DNA of 64,000 bases from an uncultured Candidatus Saccharibacteria bacterium. Lineage in GTDB: Bacteria > Patescibacteriota > Doudnabacteria > UBA920 > O2-02-FULL-48-8. The stretch spans positions 262,771 through 326,770 of the forward strand of contig CAZSDS010000001.1 of NCBI GenBank assembly GCA_964605735.1, given 5' to 3'. The notes under the pieces are model-generated. The model made no database searches. It saw only the letters and a list, made by a program, of their open reading frames with translations, and was not told where the DNA came from. Below are positions 17,799 to 25,298 of this stretch, piece by piece (the stretch's first letter is position 1; each line of letters begins with the position of its first letter). The position numbers were made by a program, and so were the translations under genes.

Positions 17799-18260
17799 TT
17801 ATTTTTCAACCAACTCCTTTAACAACTTTAAGGCCTTTGCCCACATTTTATCAAACGTCTCTTTATGTTCATCTTCGACGTCCATATCAACAACCAACTC
17901 AGTACCATCATCATTTTCGTTGAAAGTATAATTTTCGAAAGCTGGCGCCCACTTCTTAGCCAGTTCACTTGTGGTGTCCTCAACGCCATCTTTATATATA
18001 CCCAAGTGTTCTATGGAAATGAATTCTGGCTTGCGACTTTCCTTGATTCGACTAACCATACCTCCTTCACCGTCTCCGTCTGGTGAGGGTCCAATGAATA
18101 AAATTTTGGAGCCTTGCTCCCAACTGCCTTCGTAACGGCTTCCCGGGTTAAAAGCAACAGTCCACTGCGGGTAAGTTTCAGGCGACAACATGATTTCCCA
18201 AACTTTTTCCCGCGGCGCGTTGATTTGTATTGACTGATGTACCTTTTGCATATGTTTCAT
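17799..18260 (-). CDS. SRPBCC-family protein (AHSA1/activator of Hsp90 ATPase homolog-like)
   Basis: A 153-aa protein whose N-terminus IQINAPREKVWEIMLSPETYPQW is typical of SRPBCC/AHSA1 domains. Confidence 0.7.
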   Translation of the reverse strand: MKHMQKVHQSIQINAPREKVWEIMLSPETYPQWTVAFNPGSRYEGSWEQGSKILFIGPSPDGDGEGGMVSRIKESRKPEFISIEHLGIYKDGVEDTTSELAKKWAPAFENYTFNENDDGTELVVDMDVEDEHKETFDKMWAKALKLLKELVEK

Positions 18261-18329
18261 AAATTTTTAACTGTTTTGCTTAGCACTTAGCACTGATAGC
18301 ATACAGGTATAAACAACATGCGTAAATCG

Positions 18330-19270
18330 TTGCTAATACCTTATGGTAAGTACGAACAAATCTCAAGACCTTCGCAACATTTCTAATGGTGTCTTTAAGT
18401 GTATCCCAAGATGGAGTCTTTGGGAATTGTAGTAGTTTAAATATTTAGATATCGCTTTCTGGTAAACCTTAGGTTCGAAGGGTAATTTGATAAAGCACTC
18501 TTCTTGAATGGTTCGGTTGAAACGTTCTATGTAAGCGTTGTCATTGGGTTTTCTGATTCTACTATGTCTATGATCAATATTGATGTTCTGCGAGAAATAT
18601 TTAGAGAATTCTGATCCATGATCTGACTGAAGCATCTGAAACTTCTCAGGAAATATCTTTTGAGCTGATCTGACAAATCTTAGACTCTGATGGGTACTAA
18701 TCCTCAGGCTAACTAGAGCATGAGCCCATCTGCTGAATACATTTACAAGCGTATATATGTAAAACCTGGGTTCGTAAGTAGGCCCTAGATGGATAGTATC
18801 AATTTGTAGTAAATCCCCAGGTTTTTCAATGGTTGGTCGAGGAATACTCAAGTGTAGTTTCTTCCAAGGACTATTTTTCTTTATCAGATTATGCCGGTCC
18901 AAAGTTCTTTTAACACTGTTTAAGCAAACCGTTACTCCCTGGTTGAGCAGCTCCTGGTGAATAACTTCAGAACAGCGATGATGCTTCTGCCTTAAATCAA
19001 CAATCATTTTTATCACCTTGGGATCCAAAGCATTGGGATTATGCTTAGGGCGGCTACTTAAGGTGGGAATATTACAACGTCCGTCCTCCGGAGCTTTGGC
19101 AACCCAACGGGATACCGTTGAAGGCTCAACCCCCACATGTCGCGCAGCAGCTCTAATCGACCAACCGTTTCTTACCAGCATAACCGTTTGCATCCGCAAC
19201 TTAGGCAGATACGGGTTTTTTGTGTATGGCATATACATACAGTTTAACTCCTAGGTGTTGCGAAGCTCCT
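18330..19270. mobile_element. IS481-family insertion sequence (approximate ends)
   Basis: Single transposase ORF. A 10-bp terminal inverted repeat CTTCGCAACA (18370-18379) pairs with TGTTGCGAAG (19256-19265). Exact ends and target-site duplication are unresolved. Confidence 0.5.
18363..19238 (-). CDS. IS481-family transposase (HTH plus DDE/rve integrase domain)
   Basis: N-terminal HTH (WSIRAAARHVGVEPSTVSRW). The rve core contains LQSDHGSEF, HSRIRKPNDNAYIERFNRT and a DDE triad. Confidence 0.85.
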   Translation of the reverse strand: MYMPYTKNPYLPKLRMQTVMLVRNGWSIRAAARHVGVEPSTVSRWVAKAPEDGRCNIPTLSSRPKHNPNALDPKVIKMIVDLRQKHHRCSEVIHQELLNQGVTVCLNSVKRTLDRHNLIKKNSPWKKLHLSIPRPTIEKPGDLLQIDTIHLGPTYEPRFYIYTLVNVFSRWAHALVSLRISTHQSLRFVRSAQKIFPEKFQMLQSDHGSEFSKYFSQNINIDHRHSRIRKPNDNAYIERFNRTIQEECFIKLPFEPKVYQKAISKYLNYYNSQRLHLGIHLKTPLEMLRRS

Positions 19271-19287
19271 GAGCCATTACGAGAGCA

Positions 19288-19316
19288 TTGACAAAAACAA
19301 CAAAATAGGGTATAAT
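19288..19316 (+). promoter_or_regulatory. Perfect-consensus sigma70 promoter (TTGACA-17-TATAAT)
   Basis: Reads TTGACAaaaacaacaaaatagggTATAAT. Downstream is the SD AAAGGAGGAG placed 7 nt before ATG 19410. Confidence 0.6.
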
Positions 19317-19409
19317 GCTTCGTTACACAGTTGCTGTTGGAAGTCTGTGGCCAAAACGCAAACTTTGGGCATAGTCTCCCGAAAGGGACAAAAAAAGGAG
19401 GAGTGTGTG

Positions 19410-20093
19410 ATGAACAGCAATGAACAACTCAACGTGTTTCAGAAGAACGCCGGGCTTTGGAAGGGAACTCTGACCATGGTCAGTGAATTCCCCAGCTTCA
19501 CCTACGACAAGAAGAAGATCGAAGATCAGGTGAAGAAGGCCGGTGCTGGCTATGCCAATGCCGGCGACGACTACGCCGCCATCGGCAAGGCTGCTGACCT
19601 TCTCTACGACGCGAACTGCAAAGTGCGAATCGCGTTCGCCTACTACTTGCGGGAACAGTACGGGGTTCTGAACAGCGAGCTGGACAAGTTCGCCGAACAC
19701 TACCCGGGCCCCGCCATCCTCGGCAAGTGCGAATCCGCCCTCAAGGCGTTCGACGACTCGCTTTCCCACCCGGAACGCGCGGAGAAAAGCATCAAGACGT
19801 TCGCGATGCGGATCTCAACCTACAAGAACTTCGTCAAAACGCTGGCCGATGCCAAGGCCGAACACGAAGCGAACCTCGAATCCATGCGCAAGTTGAGCCA
19901 GAAGGCCACGGCAGGCGCAACCATTGGGGCACGGGAGCGCAGAAGGCTTGAGATCTACGAACAGCGGCCTGAAATCAAGGCCGCCCGCCAGGCCGAAGAG
20001 GCTCGTCAGCGCGCGGAGGAAGCAAAGCAGAAGCGACTGGCTGAACTCAAGTCACAGCGGGAAGCTGAAATCGCTGAACTGCTGTCCATCTAA
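19410..20093 (+). CDS. Hypothetical protein, GC-rich (~60%) foreign-looking gene with Glu/Arg/Ala-rich coiled-coil C-terminus
   Basis: ATG start with strong SD; the ORF-track GTG extension at 19347 is rejected. Codon usage is strongly G/C-ending, unlike the flanking genes. No family recognised. Confidence 0.65.
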   Translation: MNSNEQLNVFQKNAGLWKGTLTMVSEFPSFTYDKKKIEDQVKKAGAGYANAGDDYAAIGKAADLLYDANCKVRIAFAYYLREQYGVLNSELDKFAEHYPGPAILGKCESALKAFDDSLSHPERAEKSIKTFAMRISTYKNFVKTLADAKAEHEANLESMRKLSQKATAGATIGARERRRLEIYEQRPEIKAARQAEEARQRAEEAKQKRLAELKSQREAEIAELLSI

Positions 20094-20129
20094 GGAGACG
20101 GTTCTTTTTGAACCACTCCTCCATCACGA

Positions 20130-20166
20130 AGACCGGAAACCACAGAGTTTCCGGTCTTATTTTTTA
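20130..20166 (+). terminator. Intrinsic terminator
   Basis: An AGACCGGAAA/TTTCCGGTCT 10-bp stem followed by a T6 run. Confidence 0.75.
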
Positions 20167-20180
20167 ACAATAAACATTTA

Positions 20181-20209
20181 TTGACTAACGATAAATAATA
20201 GGATACTAT
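20181..20209 (+). promoter_or_regulatory. Sigma70-like promoter (TTGACT-17-TACTAT)
   Basis: Reads TTGACTaacgataaataataggaTACTAT, upstream of the DUF2975 gene. Confidence 0.4.
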
Positions 20210-20238
20210 GTTTATACCTAAATTAAATAACCTAGCCT

Positions 20239-20700
20239 ATGAAAACAGGTTCAACCCTTTTATTGAAAGCAACACTAATCATTATTGCGCTAGCAGTCCT
20301 GGCTTTCGCCATCTTTATCTTGCCTATTGGAATTAAATCAGATCAAATTGGATATCGCCCTGTGTTGATTGGATTGTACTTGCCAGCCATTCCATTCCAT
20401 TTTGCGCTTTACCAAGCCTTTAATCTTTTGACATATATTGACAGAAACGAAGCATTTTCCAAACTCTCGGTTCAGGCGTTGAAGAAAATCAAATACTGCG
20501 CACTTGCCATAGCCGCAATGTTCTTGGCTGGCATGCCTTTCATTTTCAACATCGCAGATAAAGATGAAGCCCCTGGTGTGGTGCTTCTTGGCCTCGTCGT
20601 CGCTTCAGCTTCAATAGTGACCGCAACTTTTGCCGCAGTCCTGCAGAAATTAATGCAAAAAGGTCTTGACCTGAAGTCAGAAAACGATTTAACAGTATAG
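20239..20700 (+). CDS. DUF2975-family membrane protein
   Basis: Four TM helices. Its size and its pairing with a downstream YozG-like HTH gene are characteristic of the DUF2975/YoaS family. Confidence 0.7.
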   Translation: MKTGSTLLLKATLIIIALAVLAFAIFILPIGIKSDQIGYRPVLIGLYLPAIPFHFALYQAFNLLTYIDRNEAFSKLSVQALKKIKYCALAIAAMFLAGMPFIFNIADKDEAPGVVLLGLVVASASIVTATFAAVLQKLMQKGLDLKSENDLTV

Positions 20701-20707
20701 GAGAGAT

Positions 20708-20914
20708 ATGGCTATCATCATCAACATTGACGTCATGCTGGCAAAAAAGAAAATGAGCGTTACTGAGCTTTCTGAACGTGTGGGCATTACCATGGCAAAC
20801 GTATCCATCCTAAAAAATGGAAAGGCCAAAGCTATACGGTTATCCACCTTAGACGCGATCTGCAAAGCTCTGGACTGCCAGCCAGGCGACATCCTTGAAT
20901 ATAAAAATAATTAA
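20708..20914 (+). CDS. XRE-family HTH transcriptional regulator, YozG-like
   Basis: MAIIINIDVMLAKKKMSVTELSERVGITMANVSILKNGKAKAIRLSTLDAICKALDCQPGDILEY is a near-canonical YozG-family sequence. Confidence 0.85.
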   Translation: MAIIINIDVMLAKKKMSVTELSERVGITMANVSILKNGKAKAIRLSTLDAICKALDCQPGDILEYKNN

Positions 20915-20925
20915 TTCCTACTTTT

Positions 20926-21453
20926 ATGAAACTGAAAAAATTTGTCCGACCGCTGGCAATAACGGCAATACTCATGACTCTTCCACTGTTTGGCTCCCTG
21001 TTTTTGGATGGCTGGGCTTGGTCAAAGTTTGACTATGTTTTTGCGGGTGTAATGTTCCTAGCCCTTGCTTCACTTTTTGAGCTAGGAATATATTTAAGTA
21101 AACACACCATGTACCGAGCCGGGTTTGGCCTGGCGCTTTTAACCGGGTTTGTAATAATTTGGGGTAATCTGGCAGTCGGATTTATTGGCTCGGAGGAGAA
21201 CCCTATTAATCTGCTGTATTTTGCAATTTTAGCAGTCGCGTTCCTGGCCTCCATCCTTGTCCGGTTTGATGCAGGAAAAATGTCACACATAATGTATTCA
21301 ACTGGTTTGGGGATTGCACTCGTTCCAGTCACCGCTATGATTACCGGAACATCCATTAATGAACATTCTGTCTTTGTATTCAACCTGCTCTTTGCCGTAT
21401 TGTTTGTTGGCTCAGGATTATTGTTCAGGAACTCAACCAAGGGCATGAAGTAA
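20926..21453 (+). CDS. Hypothetical polytopic membrane protein
   Basis: A 175-aa protein with 5-6 TM helices; no family recognised. Confidence 0.55.
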   Translation: MKLKKFVRPLAITAILMTLPLFGSLFLDGWAWSKFDYVFAGVMFLALASLFELGIYLSKHTMYRAGFGLALLTGFVIIWGNLAVGFIGSEENPINLLYFAILAVAFLASILVRFDAGKMSHIMYSTGLGIALVPVTAMITGTSINEHSVFVFNLLFAVLFVGSGLLFRNSTKGMK

Positions 21454-21475
21454 GCAAACTAGTACATTGGCGCAC

Positions 21476-21505
21476 AAAAAACCGCCCTTAGCAGGCGGTT
21501 TTATA
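21476..21505. terminator. Bidirectional intrinsic terminator
   Basis: The sequence aaaaACCGCCcttagcaGGCGGTtttat sits between convergent genes. Confidence 0.7.
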
Positions 21506-21514
21506 TTTAAGATT

Positions 21515-21895
21515 TTAAAAAAACCCAACCCAAGACAGGTACGCCCCAAGAATAACCATAACAACTCCACCTGCAGGAATCAGGTTTGATTTTACCTGAA
21601 AATCCCCACCCCGATCCACAAAACCGGGTACTATAGCCATAGCCAAGCCTTTAGCCAAAAGCATCCATCCCAGCAAGCTGATAACTATTTGGGTAAAAGA
21701 ACCCCAAATATTGTGAAAGTGTATTTGGGTAATGGCCCCCGAAATGGCAACCATTGCAAATAACAAGACGCTTAAAGTTTCTTTTTCCAGGTCACGGTAC
21801 ACCCTGGTGTAATATTTAGGGCTAATAAAAATGCCTACACCTACGGCTAAAATTGCAGGCCCCCACAATTGGGCCAAAAAAGTAGTTGTGTCCAA
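21515..21895 (-). CDS. Hypothetical membrane protein
   Basis: A 126-aa protein with 4 TM helices. Confidence 0.5.
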   Translation of the reverse strand: MDTTTFLAQLWGPAILAVGVGIFISPKYYTRVYRDLEKETLSVLLFAMVAISGAITQIHFHNIWGSFTQIVISLLGWMLLAKGLAMAIVPGFVDRGGDFQVKSNLIPAGGVVMVILGAYLSWVGFF

Positions 21896-21924
21896 TTTTT
21901 TGTTTCCTTTTTAATTGCTTGTGT

Positions 21925-21960
21925 TTATATTATAGCAATAAAAAATCCGTTTAAGTGTTT
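21925..21960 (-). terminator. Imperfect hairpin plus U-run terminator downstream of the Cys-rich small ORF
   Basis: Minus-strand reading AAATCCGTCTTAAGTaaaacACTTAAACGGATTTTTTATT. It overlaps the TGcTATAAT extended -10 of the next minus-strand gene. Confidence 0.45.
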
Positions 21961-21963
21961 TAC

Positions 21964-22104
21964 TTAAGACGGATTTACTGAAGCTTGAGCCTGCCCCTGC
22001 TCGCGCTTAATCAGCTCCGGGCAGTCGCAATACACGCACCAATAACACTCGCACCCTCTGGGATGCTCGTGGTTCGGCCAATCAAGCGTGACATTGACTT
22101 CCAT
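21964..22104 (-). CDS. Cysteine-rich 46-aa protein (CxCxxCxxCxC), probable metal-binding small protein
   Basis: ATG 22104 is preceded by GGAGGAGG with a 6-nt spacer. The product is MEVNVTLDWPNHEHPRGCECYWCVYCDCPELIKREQGQAQASVNPS. The longer TTG-initiated version lacks an SD. Confidence 0.45.
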   Translation of the reverse strand: MEVNVTLDWPNHEHPRGCECYWCVYCDCPELIKREQGQAQASVNPS

Positions 22105-22200
22105 TACTACCTCCTCCGCCTCACAGCAGGTTTTTCCTCCTGACCAGCAAAGAGTACAACAACTCGCACATAAAATCAATCAGACTTGAGTAATATAAAG

Positions 22201-22232
22201 AAAAATTCCCGATATAAAGTCGGGAATTTTTC
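22201..22232. terminator. Bidirectional intrinsic terminator (AATTCCCGA/TCGGGAATT)
   Basis: Perfect 9-bp stem with A5 and T5 flanks, located between tRNA-Gln and the Cys-rich ORF. Confidence 0.6.
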
Positions 22233-22259
22233 TTAAACCTATGCGATATTATGTGCGTC

Positions 22260-22334
22260 TGGCTGGGGTGCCAGGATTCGAACCTGGGAATGGCGGGACC
22301 AAAACCCGCTGCCTTACCGCTTGGCTACACCCCA
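22260..22334 (-). tRNA. tRNA-Gln (anticodon TTG)
   Basis: The reverse complement reads TGGGGTGTAGCCAAGCGGTAAGGCAGCGGGTTTTGGTCCCGCCATTCCCAGGTTCGAATCCTGGCACCCCAGCCA. It aligns closely to bacterial tRNA-Gln, with anticodon loop TTTTGGT. Confidence 0.9.
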
Positions 22335-22367
22335 CCCAACCGCACACAAACCTAAATCAGCCCAATA

Positions 22368-22396
22368 ATAATACCAATTTCCCAGCCTCTCATCAA
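22368..22396 (-). promoter_or_regulatory. Sigma70-like promoter (TTGATG-17-TATTAT) for tRNA-Gln
   Basis: The minus strand reads TTGATGagaggctgggaaattggTATTAT, giving a ~27-nt leader to the tRNA. Confidence 0.4.
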
Positions 22397-22414
22397 GACT
22401 AAGCCGCAGTAACC

Positions 22415-22443
22415 TTGACATTGCCAACGTTTTATGTTATTAT
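22415..22443 (+). promoter_or_regulatory. Sigma70-like promoter (TTGACA-17-TATTAT)
   Basis: Reads TTGACAttgccaacgttttatgtTATTAT, upstream of SD GGAGGG and the TTG start at 22492. Confidence 0.4.
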
Positions 22444-22491
22444 TAACTGTTCTTATAAGCTCCCTGCACAATTGCCTGAAGGAGGGCAAAC

Positions 22492-23001
22492 TTGGCCAAC
22501 AAAGCGAAAAGTGTGGTTTACTTCTTTGTCAGAAGAAACCGGACGACCCTGCAAACGGAACTGCTCCTTACCTTGCGCAACGGCGGCACTGATCAGCTTC
22601 CGTGGCGCTACACACTCCCAACCGAAACCATCGAACCGGGAGAAGCACCGTCTGTCACCATCCGCCGCGGCGGCAAGGAAGAGTTCGGTGAGAATTTCAT
22701 TCACCACCTTCCGAGTCCGCTCTACCTGGGGCTTTCCCCCAAGGCGAACCACTACGTTCTCTGGGAAGTCCCCATGGACGCCCCTCTTCCGGTCATGAAC
22801 CCGACGGAAGGCGCGAGCTGCGAGTACTTCTCCCTTCGCCGGATCGAACAGTTGATGCGCAACGGAGAGGTCGGCGGTGAACGTCAGCTCGCCGGTGCGC
22901 TCACCACTTTCGTCTGGAACAACTGGGACAAGTTCAAAATCATGTTCGAACGCCGGACCATCCTGACAGATCTGTTCGAGCGTGAAGTGATCCTGGTCTG
23001 A
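22492..23001 (+). CDS. NUDIX-like hydrolase-fold protein with degenerate Nudix box, GC-rich (~58-60%) foreign-looking gene
   Basis: PGEAPSVTIRRGGKEEFGE fits Gx5Ex7REUxEExGU except that it has RG where RE is expected. TTG start with SD. G/C-ending codon usage. Confidence 0.55.
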   Translation: MANKAKSVVYFFVRRNRTTLQTELLLTLRNGGTDQLPWRYTLPTETIEPGEAPSVTIRRGGKEEFGENFIHHLPSPLYLGLSPKANHYVLWEVPMDAPLPVMNPTEGASCEYFSLRRIEQLMRNGEVGGERQLAGALTTFVWNNWDKFKIMFERRTILTDLFEREVILV

Positions 23002-23025
23002 ACGTCCGCCAGGAACACAGCGTAA

Positions 23026-23068
23026 AAGGCGCCCGACTCACAAGAGTCGCGGCGCCTTCTTTTTTTGT
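23026..23068 (+). terminator. GC-rich intrinsic terminator
   Basis: An AAGGCGCCCGACTC/GAGTCGCGGCGCCTT stem followed by a T8 run. Confidence 0.8.
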
Positions 23069-23071
23069 AAA

Positions 23072-24694
23072 TTATTGTCCGGAAGTGGAATCAACCTCCC
23101 CGCCCATAATCTTCAAAGCCTGTTCAACCAAACCAGCGTCTTGTGGGTTCTCCGCCGGCTCCGGCGCAATCTCCTGTGACGCCCCTGGTTGCGGAAACAG
23201 CTCCGGCAAAGGCCCTGACCAGTCTTTTGCCAAGACAGCTTGGACCAACAATTTCTTTCCGGTAACCTCTTCCACCACCTGGTCCACGACAATCCTGTTT
23301 TTGCGGGCTTCAACGGCGTCCTTATGGAACTTGTATGGAATAACCAGGATTAAGTTGTTGCCTTGAACTGCCGCTGGCACTGCCAGCTTCAAGCTGGACA
23401 ACAAAGAATGATTATAGTCCTTTGTCTTTTCCAAAATCTGGTTCCAGGAAGCAATTACATCCTGCAGTAATTGAGGGTTTTCTTCCGAGTTTCCAGTCTC
23501 ATTGCTTCGAGCCTCATTTTCAGCATGTGGCAACTGGGATGTATTAGCAACGGCATTACTACCTGCAACCACAGCCCCACCAACAGCGGGCTTAACCTGG
23601 TTCACCATTACAGGTCCGGAAATGGCTTCCACACTGGCAATTTCCAGAGGCAGGCTTTGGATGCTTGCGTACTTGATTTCACTGCCTGCTTTTTGGAAAA
23701 TCGCAATAATACTCAAAAGCTTATCCATTGCCAATTCATTTGCCTGCCTGGCCATGCGCTCCTTGATCTCAGGTGTAAAATCACTCTCCGGCTCATTCCC
23801 AACCTTGATAAGCATCAACTTGCGCAAATATTCCAGGAAATCTTTTTGGAATTGGTACAAATCCCGGCCCTGGTACATTAAACGTGAAATAAAATTGACT
23901 GCTGACTTTGTGTCTCCTTTAATAAGCAAATCCAAATATTCTGATGTTGTGCGCAAGCCAGTCAAACCCAAAACCTGTTCCACCAGCTCTGCCGTAATTT
24001 CTCCGTTCGAAAAACTAATCACTTGATCCAGCAAAGACAAACTGTCACGAAAACTTCCATCTGCGGCGTGGGCAATATTCAACAACGCCTCCTCAGAAGC
24101 CTTAACGCTATTTTCCTGACAGACATACTGCAATCGCTTGATAATATCCATCAAAGCCGCTTTCCTGAAATCAAATCTTTGCGTACGTGAAACGATTGTC
24201 GGCGGAACTTTGTGAATTTCCGTGGTGGCAAGCACAAACACGGCATGGGCAGGCGGTTCTTCCAAAGTTTTCAGCAAGGCATTGAACGCACCTTTGGAAA
24301 GCATGTGCACTTCGTCAATAATAATGACCTTATATTTTGCACGGGCAGGCGCAAACTGCAGATGTTCAATAAGTTCTCTGATATTATCCACGCCCGTGTG
24401 GGAAGCCGCATCAATCTCCATCAAATCCAGGGAGTTGTTGCTCAAAAATTCCCTGCATAAGTCACACTCATTGCAAGGCTCCCCATCTTTCACGTTGGGG
24501 CAATTTATAGCGCGGGCAAAAATTCGCGCGATAGTGGTCTTCCCCACCCCTCGCGGGCCGGTAAAAAGGTAGGCGTGCCCGATCTTGGAGTTCATGACAG
24601 CGTTTGCCAAGGTCACTTTCACATGCTCCTGGGTCAACACTGAATTAAACTGATGAGGCCTGTATTTTCGATATGATACGAGATTGTTGGACAT
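23072..24694 (-). CDS. dnaX: DNA polymerase III subunit gamma/tau
   Basis: Contains GPRGVGKTT (Walker A), a Zn-binding CPNVKDGEPCNECDLC module, DEVHML, and the SRTQ sensor. Confidence 0.92.
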   Translation of the reverse strand: MSNNLVSYRKYRPHQFNSVLTQEHVKVTLANAVMNSKIGHAYLFTGPRGVGKTTIARIFARAINCPNVKDGEPCNECDLCREFLSNNSLDLMEIDAASHTGVDNIRELIEHLQFAPARAKYKVIIIDEVHMLSKGAFNALLKTLEEPPAHAVFVLATTEIHKVPPTIVSRTQRFDFRKAALMDIIKRLQYVCQENSVKASEEALLNIAHAADGSFRDSLSLLDQVISFSNGEITAELVEQVLGLTGLRTTSEYLDLLIKGDTKSAVNFISRLMYQGRDLYQFQKDFLEYLRKLMLIKVGNEPESDFTPEIKERMARQANELAMDKLLSIIAIFQKAGSEIKYASIQSLPLEIASVEAISGPVMVNQVKPAVGGAVVAGSNAVANTSQLPHAENEARSNETGNSEENPQLLQDVIASWNQILEKTKDYNHSLLSSLKLAVPAAVQGNNLILVIPYKFHKDAVEARKNRIVVDQVVEEVTGKKLLVQAVLAKDWSGPLPELFPQPGASQEIAPEPAENPQDAGLVEQALKIMGGEVDSTSGQ

Positions 24695-24803
24695 TTTTTA
24701 CATTTATTGGACCCGGATTGCGTCCGGGATGATTCGGCTACGCGAGTCATTTTACCACACAAACTAAAAAACCGCACACGTGGCGCGGTTTTAAAAACAT
24801 CAA

Positions 24804-25298
24804 CTATTTACCGCGGAAAACGATCAGTTTATACCCTACAAAATTCCAGATCATGCTCAGGCCAGTAGCCACCAAATTCGCAACGTTTGCCCATAAAACA
24901 GCTGACATGCCGAACATAGGCGGTATATGAGTAGCAATCAGGTAAACGCTTCCAATATTCAACAGCGCCCCAATGATGCTTACGCTTACATAAACGCTGA
25001 ACTGCTTGGCTGCGCCTTCAGTTTTGTCCTTAAAAGTCCACTTCTTGTTCAATAGATAGCTGTTGATGTTGGCAGCCAAAAAAGCCACTGCTTTCAGTGG
25101 AATAATTCCTGCCCCGCTTGCTGTTGAAGTTGCCCAAACCAGGACATTGAAAACCGCAAAGTCAATTCCCGTGTTAACGACACCAACCACGGCAAAACGC
25201 AAAAACTGGGCCGCAAGCGGTCCATATTTTTGCATAATTGATTGAGACTGGTTGTCTGTAGTGGTTGTAACAGGGGTTTGCGTATTGAATTCGTTCAT
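24804..25298 (-). CDS. GtrA-family membrane protein (polysaccharide synthesis associated)
   Basis: LRFAVVGVVNTGIDFAVFNVL, with 4 TM helices and the KLIVF C-terminal pattern. Confidence 0.8.
   Translation of the reverse strand: MNEFNTQTPVTTTTDNQSQSIMQKYGPLAAQFLRFAVVGVVNTGIDFAVFNVLVWATSTASGAGIIPLKAVAFLAANINSYLLNKKWTFKDKTEGAAKQFSVYVSVSIIGALLNIGSVYLIATHIPPMFGMSAVLWANVANLVATGLSMIWNFVGYKLIVFRGK

Noticed and set aside
18261-18362. Longer terminal inverted repeats for the IS481 element
   Set aside because: Only a 10-bp match could be verified by eye. Extending it gave mismatches beyond 10-11 bp, so the exact ends are left approximate.
19347-19409. GTG-initiated N-terminal extension of the GC-rich gene (ORF-track start 19347)
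   Set aside because: A perfect -10 box ends at 19316 and a strong SD lies 7 nt before ATG 19410, so the extension would start inside the 5' UTR. The ATG start is preferred.
22105-22179. 71-aa version of the Cys-rich ORF starting at TTG 22179
   Set aside because: It has no SD, whereas the internal ATG at 22104 has a textbook GGAGGAGG. The extra N-terminal 25 aa (MILCASCCTLCWSGGKTCCEAEEVV) could be real but is unsupported.
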